A stretch of 64,000 nt of DNA from Polyangiales bacterium (GCA_964202905.1 CAXNJO010000002.1:480001-544000); one strand, 5' to 3'. Positions 31,342 to 39,698 are shown, counted from the first letter of the stretch. The notes: generated by a model from the letters alone, not told the origin. Program-made: numbers and translations.

Positions 31342-31650
31342 ATGAAGAAGCTGAAGACAGGCCGGCGAGCAAAGCGATCGTTCACGCCGGAGTTTCGAGC
31401 AGACGCGGTGCGGCTGGTCGTGAGCGGGAAGTCCGCGACGCAGGTGGCGAAGGACCTCGACCTCACGGAGACGACGCTGCGCGAGTGGGTGCGGCGAGCT
31501 GAGGCAGACGCAGGCGTCGGAAGCCCCACGGTGCTGATGACCGAAGAGCGGGCCGAGCTGGCGCGGCTGCGGCGAGAGAACAAGCAGCTCCGAATGGAAC
31601 GCGAAATCCTCAAAGCGGCGGCCGCCTTCTTCGCCAAGGAGAACGCGTGA
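31342..31650 (+). CDS. IS3 transposase OrfA
   Basis: RSFTPEFRADAVRLV..QVAKDLDL..TLREWV HTH and leucine zipper ELARLRRENKQLRMEREILK. Confidence 0.93.
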   Translation: MKKLKTGRRAKRSFTPEFRADAVRLVVSGKSATQVAKDLDLTETTLREWVRRAEADAGVGSPTVLMTEERAELARLRRENKQLRMEREILKAAAAFFAKENA

Positions 31651-32522
31651 AGTACGCGTTCATCCTCGCGTGGACGGTGGCCTACCCCGTGACCGTGATG
31701 TGCTGCGTGCTCCGCGTCTCGACGAGCGGCTTCTACAGATGGAAGGCGCTGCCCGTGTCGAAGCGGAAGGCCCGCAACACCGAGCTGCGCGCGAAGGTGC
31801 GCGAGGCCTTCGAGGCGAGCCGACGAACCTATGGGAGTCCTCGCGTCCGCGCCGAGCTGCAGGCCGACGGCGTGATCGTGAGCGAGAAGACCGTCGCGAA
31901 GATCATGCGCGAAGACTGCCTCGTGGCGCGGGCCAAGAAGCGCTTCCGCGCGACGACCGACTCGAAGCACGGTGACCCGATCGCGCCGAACGTCGTCGAT
32001 CGCAACTTCGTCACCGACGAGAAGAACGACACCTGGGTCACCGACGTGACGTGCATCTGGACGCGCAGCGGCTGGCTGTTCCTCGCCGTGATGCTCGACT
32101 TGTTCTCGCGCCGCGTCGTCGGCTGGGCGACGAGCGCGACGAACGACCGCTTCCTGGCGCTCGACGCGCTCCGCGACGCGATCACGACGAGGCGGCCACC
32201 AGCGGGCCTCGTGCAGCACTCCGATCGCGGAAGCCCCTACGCCAGCGACGACTACCGCGCCGAGCTCGAGCGCTTCGCCATGATCGCGAGCATGAGCCGG
32301 AAGGGCGACTGCTGGGACAACGCCGTCGCCGAGAGCTTCTTCAGCACCTTGAAGACCGAGTTCGTCGGCGAGCACATCTACACGTCGCACGACGCGGCGA
32401 CCGTCGCGATCGGCGATTACATCGACAACTTCTACAACACGCGACGTCGTCACTCGCATCTCGGGTACATGAGTCCTATCGAGTTCGAATTGATGAGTCA
32501 GATTCAAGGGCGGGCTGCATAG
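31647..32522 (+). CDS. IS3 transposase OrfB (DDE)
   Basis: YGSPRV, WVTDVT, HSDRGSPY, CWDNAVAESFF; GTGA overlap with orfA. Confidence 0.95.
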   Translation: MKYAFILAWTVAYPVTVMCCVLRVSTSGFYRWKALPVSKRKARNTELRAKVREAFEASRRTYGSPRVRAELQADGVIVSEKTVAKIMREDCLVARAKKRFRATTDSKHGDPIAPNVVDRNFVTDEKNDTWVTDVTCIWTRSGWLFLAVMLDLFSRRVVGWATSATNDRFLALDALRDAITTRRPPAGLVQHSDRGSPYASDDYRAELERFAMIASMSRKGDCWDNAVAESFFSTLKTEFVGEHIYTSHDAATVAIGDYIDNFYNTRRRHSHLGYMSPIEFELMSQIQGRAA

Positions 32523-32624
32523 TCAAACTGTCCGCAGAACGGGGGGAGGTTCACTGCGCCATCAACATGCGTAACCAACCGAATTCGTTGCGTTCGCGCT
32601 GTTAACCAGCGGGTCACCAGCGGG

Positions 32625-33320
32625 TCACCCCTGCAGCGTATTCGGTCCGGCCGCGCGCAGGAGACGGTAGTCCTGCGCGGCCTGCCACGCGGTCGCGAAG
32701 GAGCACGAGGCCTTCCGCGCGATGTCGGCGATGGACAGATCGGGCCCATGCTCGAGCGCGGTCCACACGTCGGCGCGAAACGACGGGCCCATCAGCACTC
32801 GGTTTCGGTAGCCCGCGTGACGTCGCACCAGGACCTCCGGTGGAAGCACGTCCTCGTGGCGGTCGCGGAGGGTGCCCTTGGGCACGCGCAGCTTCGACCC
32901 GGTGAAGCGCTCATCCTCGCCGCGTCGTTTGACCTGGAACTCGGTCCCCGTCGGCAAGAGCTCGATCGGCGCCCCGTCGTAGGCCCCTCCGAGACGGGCG
33001 AGACGACGGTCCTTCTTGAGCCACGTCGCGATGGCCGACCAGTAGGCCCGAACGCGCTCGGACGGATGGGCGCCCACGAGGCGCACGAGCCGGTCGGCGT
33101 TCACGTGCGTGTGATGCACGCCGAGCCAGGTGGTCAGCACGGCGAGCACGCGGAGATCACCGTCGTCCATGCCGAGGACTGAGGCGTGCAAGAGCGTGCT
33201 CTCGATCTCCGCGTCGGCCTCTGCCTTCGCGGCGAAGTTCATCCCGATGCCCACCATGCGCGCTGTCAGATCGCCCTGCGCGGGCGTCGGTTCGGGGGCG
33301 GTCGCGCGGCTAAACGCCAT
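32625..33320 (-). CDS. Partner of the DUF6036 nucleotidyltransferase, with a C-terminal HTH (putative antitoxin/regulator)
   Basis: Start overlaps the upstream gene's end; LSIADIARKASCSFATAW HTH-like segment. Confidence 0.65.
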   Translation of the reverse strand: MAFSRATAPEPTPAQGDLTARMVGIGMNFAAKAEADAEIESTLLHASVLGMDDGDLRVLAVLTTWLGVHHTHVNADRLVRLVGAHPSERVRAYWSAIATWLKKDRRLARLGGAYDGAPIELLPTGTEFQVKRRGEDERFTGSKLRVPKGTLRDRHEDVLPPEVLVRRHAGYRNRVLMGPSFRADVWTALEHGPDLSIADIARKASCSFATAWQAAQDYRLLRAAGPNTLQG

Positions 33321-33849
33321 GACCGAGCCTCCGCGCGAGGTCGGCGACCGTCGCCCGCACATGCGCAGGCCACAGCTCGTTTCCGTCCTGCAGCTCGAGC
33401 CACGGCATGCACTCGGCAAGCTCCTCCGCGGTCGGCGCGAGCGCGATGCAGTCGGGCAGATCGGTGCCGCGATCACAGAGCGCGAACAGCTTGCTCTTGA
33501 GCAAGTCGGACCTGCCGAGCGTGCCGAGCACGAGGGCTTGCCCTTCGAAGATGCGCTGCACACGCTCGCGCCACCCAGCGGGCAGAACCTCGCCGAGCTG
33601 CATCGGACCGTTGTTGAGCCAGTCGTCCTGCAGGTCGACGCCGGCCTGGCGCTGCGCCTTCGCGAAGTCGCGCGCAGCCGAGGCGATCTCCCGCGGTAGC
33701 TCAGGCACCAGGATGTCGAAGTCGCGCGTCGGCCGCTGGATGACGCCCATGAGCCCGAGCGCCGAGCCACCGATGACGACGCCCTCGAAGCGCAGGCCGA
33801 GCCCGAGCAGGTGGCGGTCGAAGGCTTCGATGGTCGGGCGGGGCAGCAT
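33310..33849 (-). CDS. DUF6036-like nucleotidyltransferase (putative toxin)
   Basis: VVIGGSAL..RPTRDFDIL, DDWLNNGP, LLKSKLFALCDRGTDLPD. Confidence 0.8.
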   Translation of the reverse strand: MLPRPTIEAFDRHLLGLGLRFEGVVIGGSALGLMGVIQRPTRDFDILVPELPREIASAARDFAKAQRQAGVDLQDDWLNNGPMQLGEVLPAGWRERVQRIFEGQALVLGTLGRSDLLKSKLFALCDRGTDLPDCIALAPTAEELAECMPWLELQDGNELWPAHVRATVADLARRLGHGV

Positions 33850-33864
33850 GGGTTTCTCGATCGA

Positions 33865-33883
33865 GTATCGGATAATCCGATAC
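33865..33883. promoter_or_regulatory. Palindromic operator upstream of the DUF6036 operon
   Basis: GTATCGGAT-A-ATCCGATAC, a perfect 9-bp IR 16 bp upstream of the ATG. Confidence 0.7.
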
Positions 33884-33988
33884 CACTCTGCGCCAGGCCG
33901 AGCCTTTCGTCAAGCGGCTGAGGCGAGAGGGCAGTTGCCCATGCCCGCGGCCCGCGGCGCGCCCTCGTTGGCGGACCACCCTGCTGGG

Positions 33989-34072
33989 CTAGTAACGTAT
34001 ACTTGACTAATGCTACATTCTAGTAAAGGATACGTTCCTAGCGCGTGGCGCTAGTAACGCCGGCTTTCCCAG
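33989..34072 (+). promoter_or_regulatory. Three phased operator-like boxes upstream of fic
   Basis: CTAGTAA at 33989, 34020 and 34051 (31-bp period), each followed after 8 bp by an imperfect inverted half (TGACTAA, TTCCTAG, TTCCCAG); TTGACT at 34003. Confidence 0.75.
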
Positions 34073-34113
34073 CCTGCGCGCCTGGTCAAGCGGGCGTTCC
34101 GAGCGGAGCCGAC

Positions 34114-35314
34114 ATGCGCATCCGAAGCACCGGACGATACGAGCGGACCACCGCGGGTGAGGAAGAGGTCGCGGCCTTCGTCCCGCACGCGTTGCCGCCC
34201 GCGGACCCGCCCATCGTCGTCGACGCCGCCTTGGCCGAGCGCCTCCGTGCAGCTGAGCAAGCCCTCGTTCGTCTCGAGCTGGCCGGGGAGATGGTCCCAT
34301 CACTCGACTGGTTCATCTACGCGTTCGTCCGCAAAGAGGCCGTGCTCTCGTCGCAGATCGAAGGGACACAGGCGACCCTCGTCGACCTGCTCACGTTCGA
34401 GGCCCAGGATGGCGGCGAAAACAGCGCCGCACCCAACGCCGACGTCGAGGAGGTGTGTAACTACCTCGACGCGCTCGCCTACGCACGCGCGCAGCTCGGC
34501 GACCCGAAGGGTCTGCCCCTTTCGATGCGCCTCCTGAGCGAGACGCACTCGCGCCTCATGCGCGGCGTCCGCGGCGCCGAGAAGCTGCCCGGCGAGGTGC
34601 GTCGCAGCCAGAACTGGATCGGCGGAAGCCGCCCCGGCAACGCCGCGTACGTGCCGCCACCTCCGCAGGCGCTCGGCGAGGTGCTGGGCGCGTTCGAGAA
34701 GTACCTGCACTGCGGACGACTCGCTGCCGCCGCTGGTGCGCGCGGGGCTGCTGCACGTGCAGTTCGAGACCATCCACCCGTACCTCGACGGCAACGGCCG
34801 CATCGGGCGCCTGCTCGTGACGTTGCTGCTCGAGGACTGGAAGCTGCTGACCAAGCCGCTCCTCTACCTGAGCCTCTTCTTCAAGCGGCACCGCGAGGAC
34901 TACTACCGTCGCCTCAACGCGGTCCGCATCGAGGGCGACTGGGAGGGCTGGCTCGACTTCTTCCTCGACGGGGTCGGGACGATCGCCGACGAAGCGGTCG
35001 CCTCCGCGCGGGAGCTGTTCGCGCTCGTGGCCGCGGACCGCGCGCGCGTGCTCGCGCACGAAGGGATGTCCGTCGTCGCCCTGAGGCTCTTCGAGCTGCT
35101 GCCGCGCCACCCGGTCGTGACCGTCGCATCGGTGATGAGGCTCGTGGACACGACCAAGCCCACCGCGGGACGGGCGATCGAGCTGCTCGTGGCCGCGGGC
35201 GTTCTCGTCGAGACGACCGGCAAGAAGCGCGACCGCTCCTTCGTGTACCGGGGCTACCTCGATCGACTCCGTGTCGGCACCGAGCTCGACGGCGCCTCGC
35301 GAACCAGGACGTAG
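34114..35314 (+). pseudogene. Fic family protein (N-terminal DUF4172-like + Fic + HTH) with a +1 frameshift at ~34711
   Basis: EAVLSSQIEGT and RRSQNWIG in one frame; HPYLDGNGRIGR in the next; removing one base gives YLH-ADDSLPPLVRAGLLH. Confidence 0.9.
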
Positions 35315-35417
35315 TTCCTCCAGCCCCTGTCCCACTTCGGTCGGGGATCCCGCGTTTGCCACGCGCGATGCCCGACCGCTCACCCTGCGCCCGTCCGCCC
35401 GCGATATCTTCACGGTC

Positions 35418-36683
35418 TTGGACGCCGAGCCCACCGACGACCTGCCGCTCATCCGCTGCGCCGTGTACACGCGGCAGTCGGTGGTGCGCGTCGGCGACGA
35501 TCCTGCCCTCGCGTCCTGCGTCGTGCAGCGCACCCTGTGTACCGAGTTCATCCGCTCGATGGCCTGGAGGGGCTGGTACCCGATCGGCGAGCGCTTCGAC
35601 GACGAGGGCTACAGCGGCGCGACCATCGAGCGCCCCGGCCTGGAGAAGCTCATCGCGCGCATCCAGGACGGCGACGTCCAGCGCGTCATCGTCTACCGGC
35701 TCGATCGCCTCACGCGGAAGCTCACCGACTGGGCGTTGCTCGTGCGGGTGTTCGAGCGGTTCAACGTCGGCCTCACCGTCGTGCACGGCGCCATCGACGC
35801 CGAGGCCGGCTCGCTCGCGCGGCTGCAGCTCAACCTGCTCGCGACCTTCGCCGAGCTGGAGCGCGACATGATCGGCGAGCGTCTGGCCGACGCCCGCGCC
35901 ACGAAGAAGGCCCGCGGAGAACGCGCCGCAGGTCGCGTGCCTCTTGGCTACGCCGCGGATCCGAAGACGAAGCAGCTCGTCATCCTCGAGTCGGAGGCCG
36001 CCGTCGTGCGTTGGTTCTTCACGGAGGCCGGGAGCGGCAAGTCGACCGCCGAGCTTGTCGCGCGAGCGAACGCGCTCCGGCTCATCGCGAAGAACGGCAA
36101 GCGGGGCGAGTGGTCAGCGCGCTCCGTTCTGCGCCTCCTGCAGAACCCCGTGTACGCCGGTCGTCGCCCCGATGGCGCGGCCGCAGTGCACACCGCGATC
36201 TTGCCTGTGGTCCTCTACGAGCGCGTGCAGGCAGCGATCGTCGCACGCAAGACGAGAGCCACCACGACGCGATCGAAGGTCGACGAGCGCGACGATCCTT
36301 TCCTCCTTCGCGGCCTGCTGGTCTGCGAAGGGTGCGGTCGCACGATGACGACCTCGATGAGCACCGCGCTCACCAAGAAGACCGCCCCGAAAGCGCCGCG
36401 CTACTACCGATGCCGCACAGAAGGCTGCGACGGCGGTCAGATCGCGGCCACCGATGTCGAAGGCATGGTCCTCGAGGCTCTCCGCAGGCCGCAATGGAAC
36501 TGGTCCGACGCAGCGAAGCAGCGGCTCGCGCAGCTCGCCTCGACGTGGGATGTGCTCTGGCCGCAGAACCGGCGCCGCGCGCTCGCCGACGCGTTCGAGA
36601 CGATGACGTGGCGGTCGCGAACGAAGCGGCTCCTGGTGCGGTTGCGCAGCGAGCCGAGCCCCGAAGGGCCCGCGGCTTCGTGA
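35418..36683 (+). CDS. Large serine recombinase (resolvase + recombinase + Zn ribbon)
   Basis: RCAVYTRQS (catalytic Ser), DEGYSGA..RPGL, VYRLDRLTR, FAELERDMIGER, LQNPVYAG, LRGLLVCEGCG, YYRC; start uncertain. Confidence 0.92.
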   Translation: MDAEPTDDLPLIRCAVYTRQSVVRVGDDPALASCVVQRTLCTEFIRSMAWRGWYPIGERFDDEGYSGATIERPGLEKLIARIQDGDVQRVIVYRLDRLTRKLTDWALLVRVFERFNVGLTVVHGAIDAEAGSLARLQLNLLATFAELERDMIGERLADARATKKARGERAAGRVPLGYAADPKTKQLVILESEAAVVRWFFTEAGSGKSTAELVARANALRLIAKNGKRGEWSARSVLRLLQNPVYAGRRPDGAAAVHTAILPVVLYERVQAAIVARKTRATTTRSKVDERDDPFLLRGLLVCEGCGRTMTTSMSTALTKKTAPKAPRYYRCRTEGCDGGQIAATDVEGMVLEALRRPQWNWSDAAKQRLAQLASTWDVLWPQNRRRALADAFETMTWRSRTKRLLVRLRSEPSPEGPAAS

Positions 36684-36797
36684 GGTCATCGACCCGATCG
36701 ACGACGTTGATGGGATCTCGTCGAGGACGCGTTCACCAGCGCCTGCGCCACTTGTCTCCCCGCTGGCCACGCACAGGAGCTCCCCGCGGCAACCTCG

Positions 36798-36932
36798 ACT
36801 TCACTAAAAACGCCTGGTTCACCTGAGCGGTAGACCTCGGTCTTTTAGTGAAGTAACCCGGTCCGGTTGGACATCAAGGTTCACTAAATCCGCCAGCTTC
36901 ACTTTCGGGTGAACCAGTGCTATTTAGTGAAG
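36798..36932 (+). promoter_or_regulatory. Double inverted-repeat operator of the AbiE-like operon
   Basis: ACTTCACTAAAA(36798)/TTTTAGTGAAGT(36843) and TTCACTAAAT(36880)/ATTTAGTGAA(36922); CTGGTTCACC/GGTGAACCAG also pair. Confidence 0.85.
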
Positions 36933-36933
36933 C

Positions 36934-37983
36934 ATGGCCGTCCGAACCATGGAAATGCAGCTCGTTGCGGAAGTCCCCGCGGCGCTGGCGAGCCTCCTGG
37001 ACGTACCCCAGGAGGACGTGAAGGTCGAGGCTGGAAGCGAGGCTGACCTGCGCGTGAGCGCGGCCGGGCACTCCTTCGTGGTCGAGGTGCTCGGTGCCGC
37101 GTCGCCTGGTGCGCTGGCGGCCCACGCCTCGCAGGTGGCCGCTTCTGCCCGCCGCCAGGGTCGAAAGGCCGTGCCGCTCCTGGTGGTGCCCTTCATGGGC
37201 GACGCGGGGCGCAGGGTCTGCGAGGACGCGAGCATCCCGTGGTTCGACCTCAGCGGGAACGCGCACATCGTCGCGCCCGGCATCCGAATCATCGTCGACG
37301 GACGGCCGAACCGCTTCCGTGGGCCCGGCCGCCCGGCGAGCATCTTTGCGCCCAAGAGCGCACGCGTCGTGCGCTGGCTGCTCGAGAACGAAGGTCGCGC
37401 CCTCACGCAGCGGGAGATCGCGCGCGCGACCGACATGACCGACGGCTTCGTCAGCCGCATCGCTTCTCGCCTCGAGGACGAGAGCTACGTCTTGCGAGAG
37501 CCGGGCGGCGCGCTCCGCGTGAAGGACCCGGCGCTCCTTCTCGATGCGTGGCGCGACGAGTACCGCTTCGACAAGCATGTGCTCCTCCAGGGGCACGTCG
37601 CCGCGCGCTCGGGCGACGCGCTCGCCCGCTTCGTCGGCGACACGCTCGCGGAAGGCTCGGTCGAGCACGCAGCCACCGGCCTCGCGGCGGCCTGGCAGAT
37701 GACGCACTTCGCTGCGTTTCGCATCGCGACCTTCTTCCTCGCCGAGTCCCCCTCGAAGGAGCTGCGTGAGAAGCTCGGCTTCCGCGAGGACGCGCGCGGT
37801 GCGAACCTCTGGCTCGTGCTTCCGAATGATGCCGGCGTCTTCCACGGAGCGGAGACGCGCGACGGCCTGCGGTGCGTCCACCCAGTTCAGGCTTACGTCG
37901 ATCTCAAGGCGCACCCCGAACGCGCGACGGAGGCGGCCGAGCGTCTGCGAAGCGAGCTGCTGAGCTGGAGGCATGATGGCTGA
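36934..37983 (+). CDS. Type IV TA / AbiEi-family antitoxin
   Basis: WFDLSGNAHI, HTH LTQREIARAT..GFVSRI, LLDAW..Y, ATGLAAA, VHPVQAYVDL..ER..EAAE. Confidence 0.8.
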   Translation: MAVRTMEMQLVAEVPAALASLLDVPQEDVKVEAGSEADLRVSAAGHSFVVEVLGAASPGALAAHASQVAASARRQGRKAVPLLVVPFMGDAGRRVCEDASIPWFDLSGNAHIVAPGIRIIVDGRPNRFRGPGRPASIFAPKSARVVRWLLENEGRALTQREIARATDMTDGFVSRIASRLEDESYVLREPGGALRVKDPALLLDAWRDEYRFDKHVLLQGHVAARSGDALARFVGDTLAEGSVEHAATGLAAAWQMTHFAAFRIATFFLAESPSKELREKLGFREDARGANLWLVLPNDAGVFHGAETRDGLRCVHPVQAYVDLKAHPERATEAAERLRSELLSWRHDG

Positions 37984-38827
37984 GAAACCCAAGCACGCGT
38001 CGGAGTACAAGAGCGAGCAGGTCGAGCTCGTTCGCGCGATGTGCCTCTACGTCGCCACGAAGCTCGGCGACATGATGGACGACCTGCTCATCGTCGGCGG
38101 CTTGGTGCCGTCGCTGATCATCGACCAAGAGCACCTCGGCGAGGACGTGGATCCGCACGTCGGGACCATGGACCTCGACGTCGGACTTCAGGTCGCGTTG
38201 CTGAACGAGGGCCGCTACCGGCAGCTCACCGAGCGCCTGCGCGACGCGGGGTTCGAGATGGACAAGAACGACGCCGGGATCCCAACCCGTCAGCGCTGGG
38301 CCATCGCGAATGCGGAGCGCGTCACCATCGACTTCCTCATCCAGCCGACGCTCGAGGGGGACAAGGGCGGCAAGCTCCGCGACCTCGAGCCGGACTTCGC
38401 GGCGATCATCGCCCCGGGGCTGCGCTGCGCGTTCCGGGACCGCAAGCAAGTGACCATCAAGGGCACGACCCTCTTCGGCGAGAAGGCGACCCGGGACATC
38501 TGGGTGTGCGACGCCGGCGCGTACGTGGTGCTCAAGGCCCTCGCGTTCGATAGCCGCGGCGAGAACAAGGACGCCTACGACCTCTACTACGTTGTCCGGA
38601 ACTACGGCGCGGGCCCGACCGACGTCGCGTCGAAGCTGCAACCGCTGCTCGACGATGCCGACGCGCAGCGCGCCCTGACCATCCTGAAGCGCGACTTCTC
38701 CGAGCCAGACGCGGTCGGGCCGATGCGAGTCGCGGCCTTCGTCACCGGTGGAAGGGACGAGCAGCTTCAGGCGGATGTGGTCGGCTTCACCGGCCAGCTG
38801 CTCGCGAAGGTGAAAAGCGCGGGCTGA
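37973..38827 (+). CDS. AbiEii/AbiGii-like nucleotidyltransferase toxin
   Basis: LIVGGLVP..HVGTMDLD, IDFL, LKALAF..R..KDAYDLYY; overlaps the upstream gene. Confidence 0.8.
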   Translation: MMAEKPKHASEYKSEQVELVRAMCLYVATKLGDMMDDLLIVGGLVPSLIIDQEHLGEDVDPHVGTMDLDVGLQVALLNEGRYRQLTERLRDAGFEMDKNDAGIPTRQRWAIANAERVTIDFLIQPTLEGDKGGKLRDLEPDFAAIIAPGLRCAFRDRKQVTIKGTTLFGEKATRDIWVCDAGAYVVLKALAFDSRGENKDAYDLYYVVRNYGAGPTDVASKLQPLLDDADAQRALTILKRDFSEPDAVGPMRVAAFVTGGRDEQLQADVVGFTGQLLAKVKSAG

Positions 38828-38964
38828 CCCGCCCGCACGAAACGGAACCAGCGGTTCCCTTCTGTGCGGCCCTGTCCCCGCAGCGCCTTCCGGCCGGCTT
38901 GCCCCCGAGACCGCCGGTCATCGAGCTGGAGCCGCTCATGAGTGCCGAGGAGCGCCTGGCCGAT

Positions 38965-39153
38965 CTCCGACCCGGTCTTCGTCGGCTTGCAGTTCACGTA
39001 GGCGAGCAGGCAGTGCATGCGCAGGCGATCGGCCTGCCCGGTCAGCGACAGCATCGCCGGGCCGAGCGAGTCGAGGAACTTGCTCGACCACTGCGACGTC
39101 TCGGTGATCCTCCACCAGCCGTGGTACTCGGGCGGGATCGAGTCGAGGTCCAT
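38965..39153 (-). pseudogene. Small conserved-looking gene, apparently 3'-truncated
   Basis: MDLDSIPPEYHGWWRITETSQW..LGPAMLSL..CKPTKTG looks protein-like, then the ORF degenerates and runs antisense into the toxin gene. Confidence 0.4.
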
Positions 39154-39260
39154 GCGCGCATCACCATGCCATGAGCCCGGGCGTTCTTCGCGCGCGTTCT
39201 TTCCCCTGAGCGAGACCAGAGAGCGCGCGGTGGAACACGGCCTCGACGTCTTCGCCGGGC

Positions 39261-39565
39261 TGGTCAGTTAAACGTCAGCGGCTCCGTCCACCGAAAACCG
39301 GGCTCCGCTGTTAAACGCTCTCGGTTCCTCTCTCCCCGCGGGCCAGAAGAGAGAGCGCGAACGCCGTCCAGAGCACCCTCGACGCGTCGCTCCTTCGCGC
39401 CCGCGGCGCTCTCTGCGCGAACGCTGTCCACGCGCGCGGCGCGCTCGCCGAGCGTCGCAAGGTCGCGGAAACTGTCGGGGGAGAAACGCAAGCGGCCCCG
39501 GAGGATCGCTCTCCGGAGGCCGCTGTTTACTGACGCCTCTCGCGAAGTTCGCGACGAGGTAGAAA
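39261..39565. repeat. Conserved element end, copy 1 (diverged direct repeat of 44483-44779)
   Basis: Shared blocks CAGTTAAACGT, GCTGTTAAACGCTCTCGGT, GAACGCTGTCCACGCGCGCGGCGCGCTCG, two hairpins and GAAAT. Confidence 0.9.
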
Positions 39566-39613
39566 TGGCTCTGGGACAGTTAATCGAACTCGCGACCGGC
39601 CGGCTAACAGCCG
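39566..39613 (-). repeat. Degenerate 3' half of tRNA-Asn (att core)
   Basis: Gap-free 34/48 match by hand count to 44780-44827, from CCA through the anticodon arm (CGGCTAACAGCCG vs CGGTTAACAGCCG). Confidence 0.8.
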
Positions 39614-39632
39614 GCACCGCAGGCGCCAGTAA

Positions 39633-39698
39633 TATCAACCACTTGCGCGCTCTGGACGGCGTTCGCTTATCCGCCATGCGTGGCGGATATTTGGCGGA
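39633..39698. promoter_or_regulatory. IHF consensus site and integrase arm-like repeats
   Basis: TATCAACCACTTG fits WATCAANNNNTTR; TATCCGCCA/TGGCGGATA IR plus a second TGGCGGA 11 bp later. Confidence 0.65.

Larger units (their letters stand above)
31283..32553 (+). mobile_element. Complete IS3-family insertion sequence (1271 bp), no target duplication
   Basis: IRL TGAGCTTCCCCCCGGTTTGCGGACA matches the IRR reverse complement TGAACCTCCCCCCGTTCTGCGGACA at 21/25; TG..CA ends; flanks ACC / CTG. Confidence 0.95.
32554..39565. mobile_element. tRNA-Asn-associated integrated element B (distal; left att core apparently deleted)
   Basis: Right end is the ~300-bp conserved end plus degenerate tRNA half; left end has arm-like repeats (CCAGCGGGTCA x2 at 32606-32627); cargo is TA-like pairs, Fic and a recombinase. 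Confidence 0.65.

Noticed and set aside
32590..32607. GCGTTCGCGCTGTTAACC resembles the tRNA-Asn anticodon arm (17 matches, one extra base) as a third att core
   Set aside because: It is inverted relative to the tRNA, lacks the rest of the 3' half, and is explained by the arm-like motif layout shared with 39659-39698.
33989..34072. CRISPR-like mini-array (also considered for 14502-14561 and 25335-25376)
   Set aside because: Repeats are too short or directly tandem, there are no spacer-length unique sequences, and no cas genes are present.
39566..39640. A second functional tRNA gene
   Set aside because: The T-stem cannot pair and there is no D-arm or 5' acceptor strand; it is a degenerate half.
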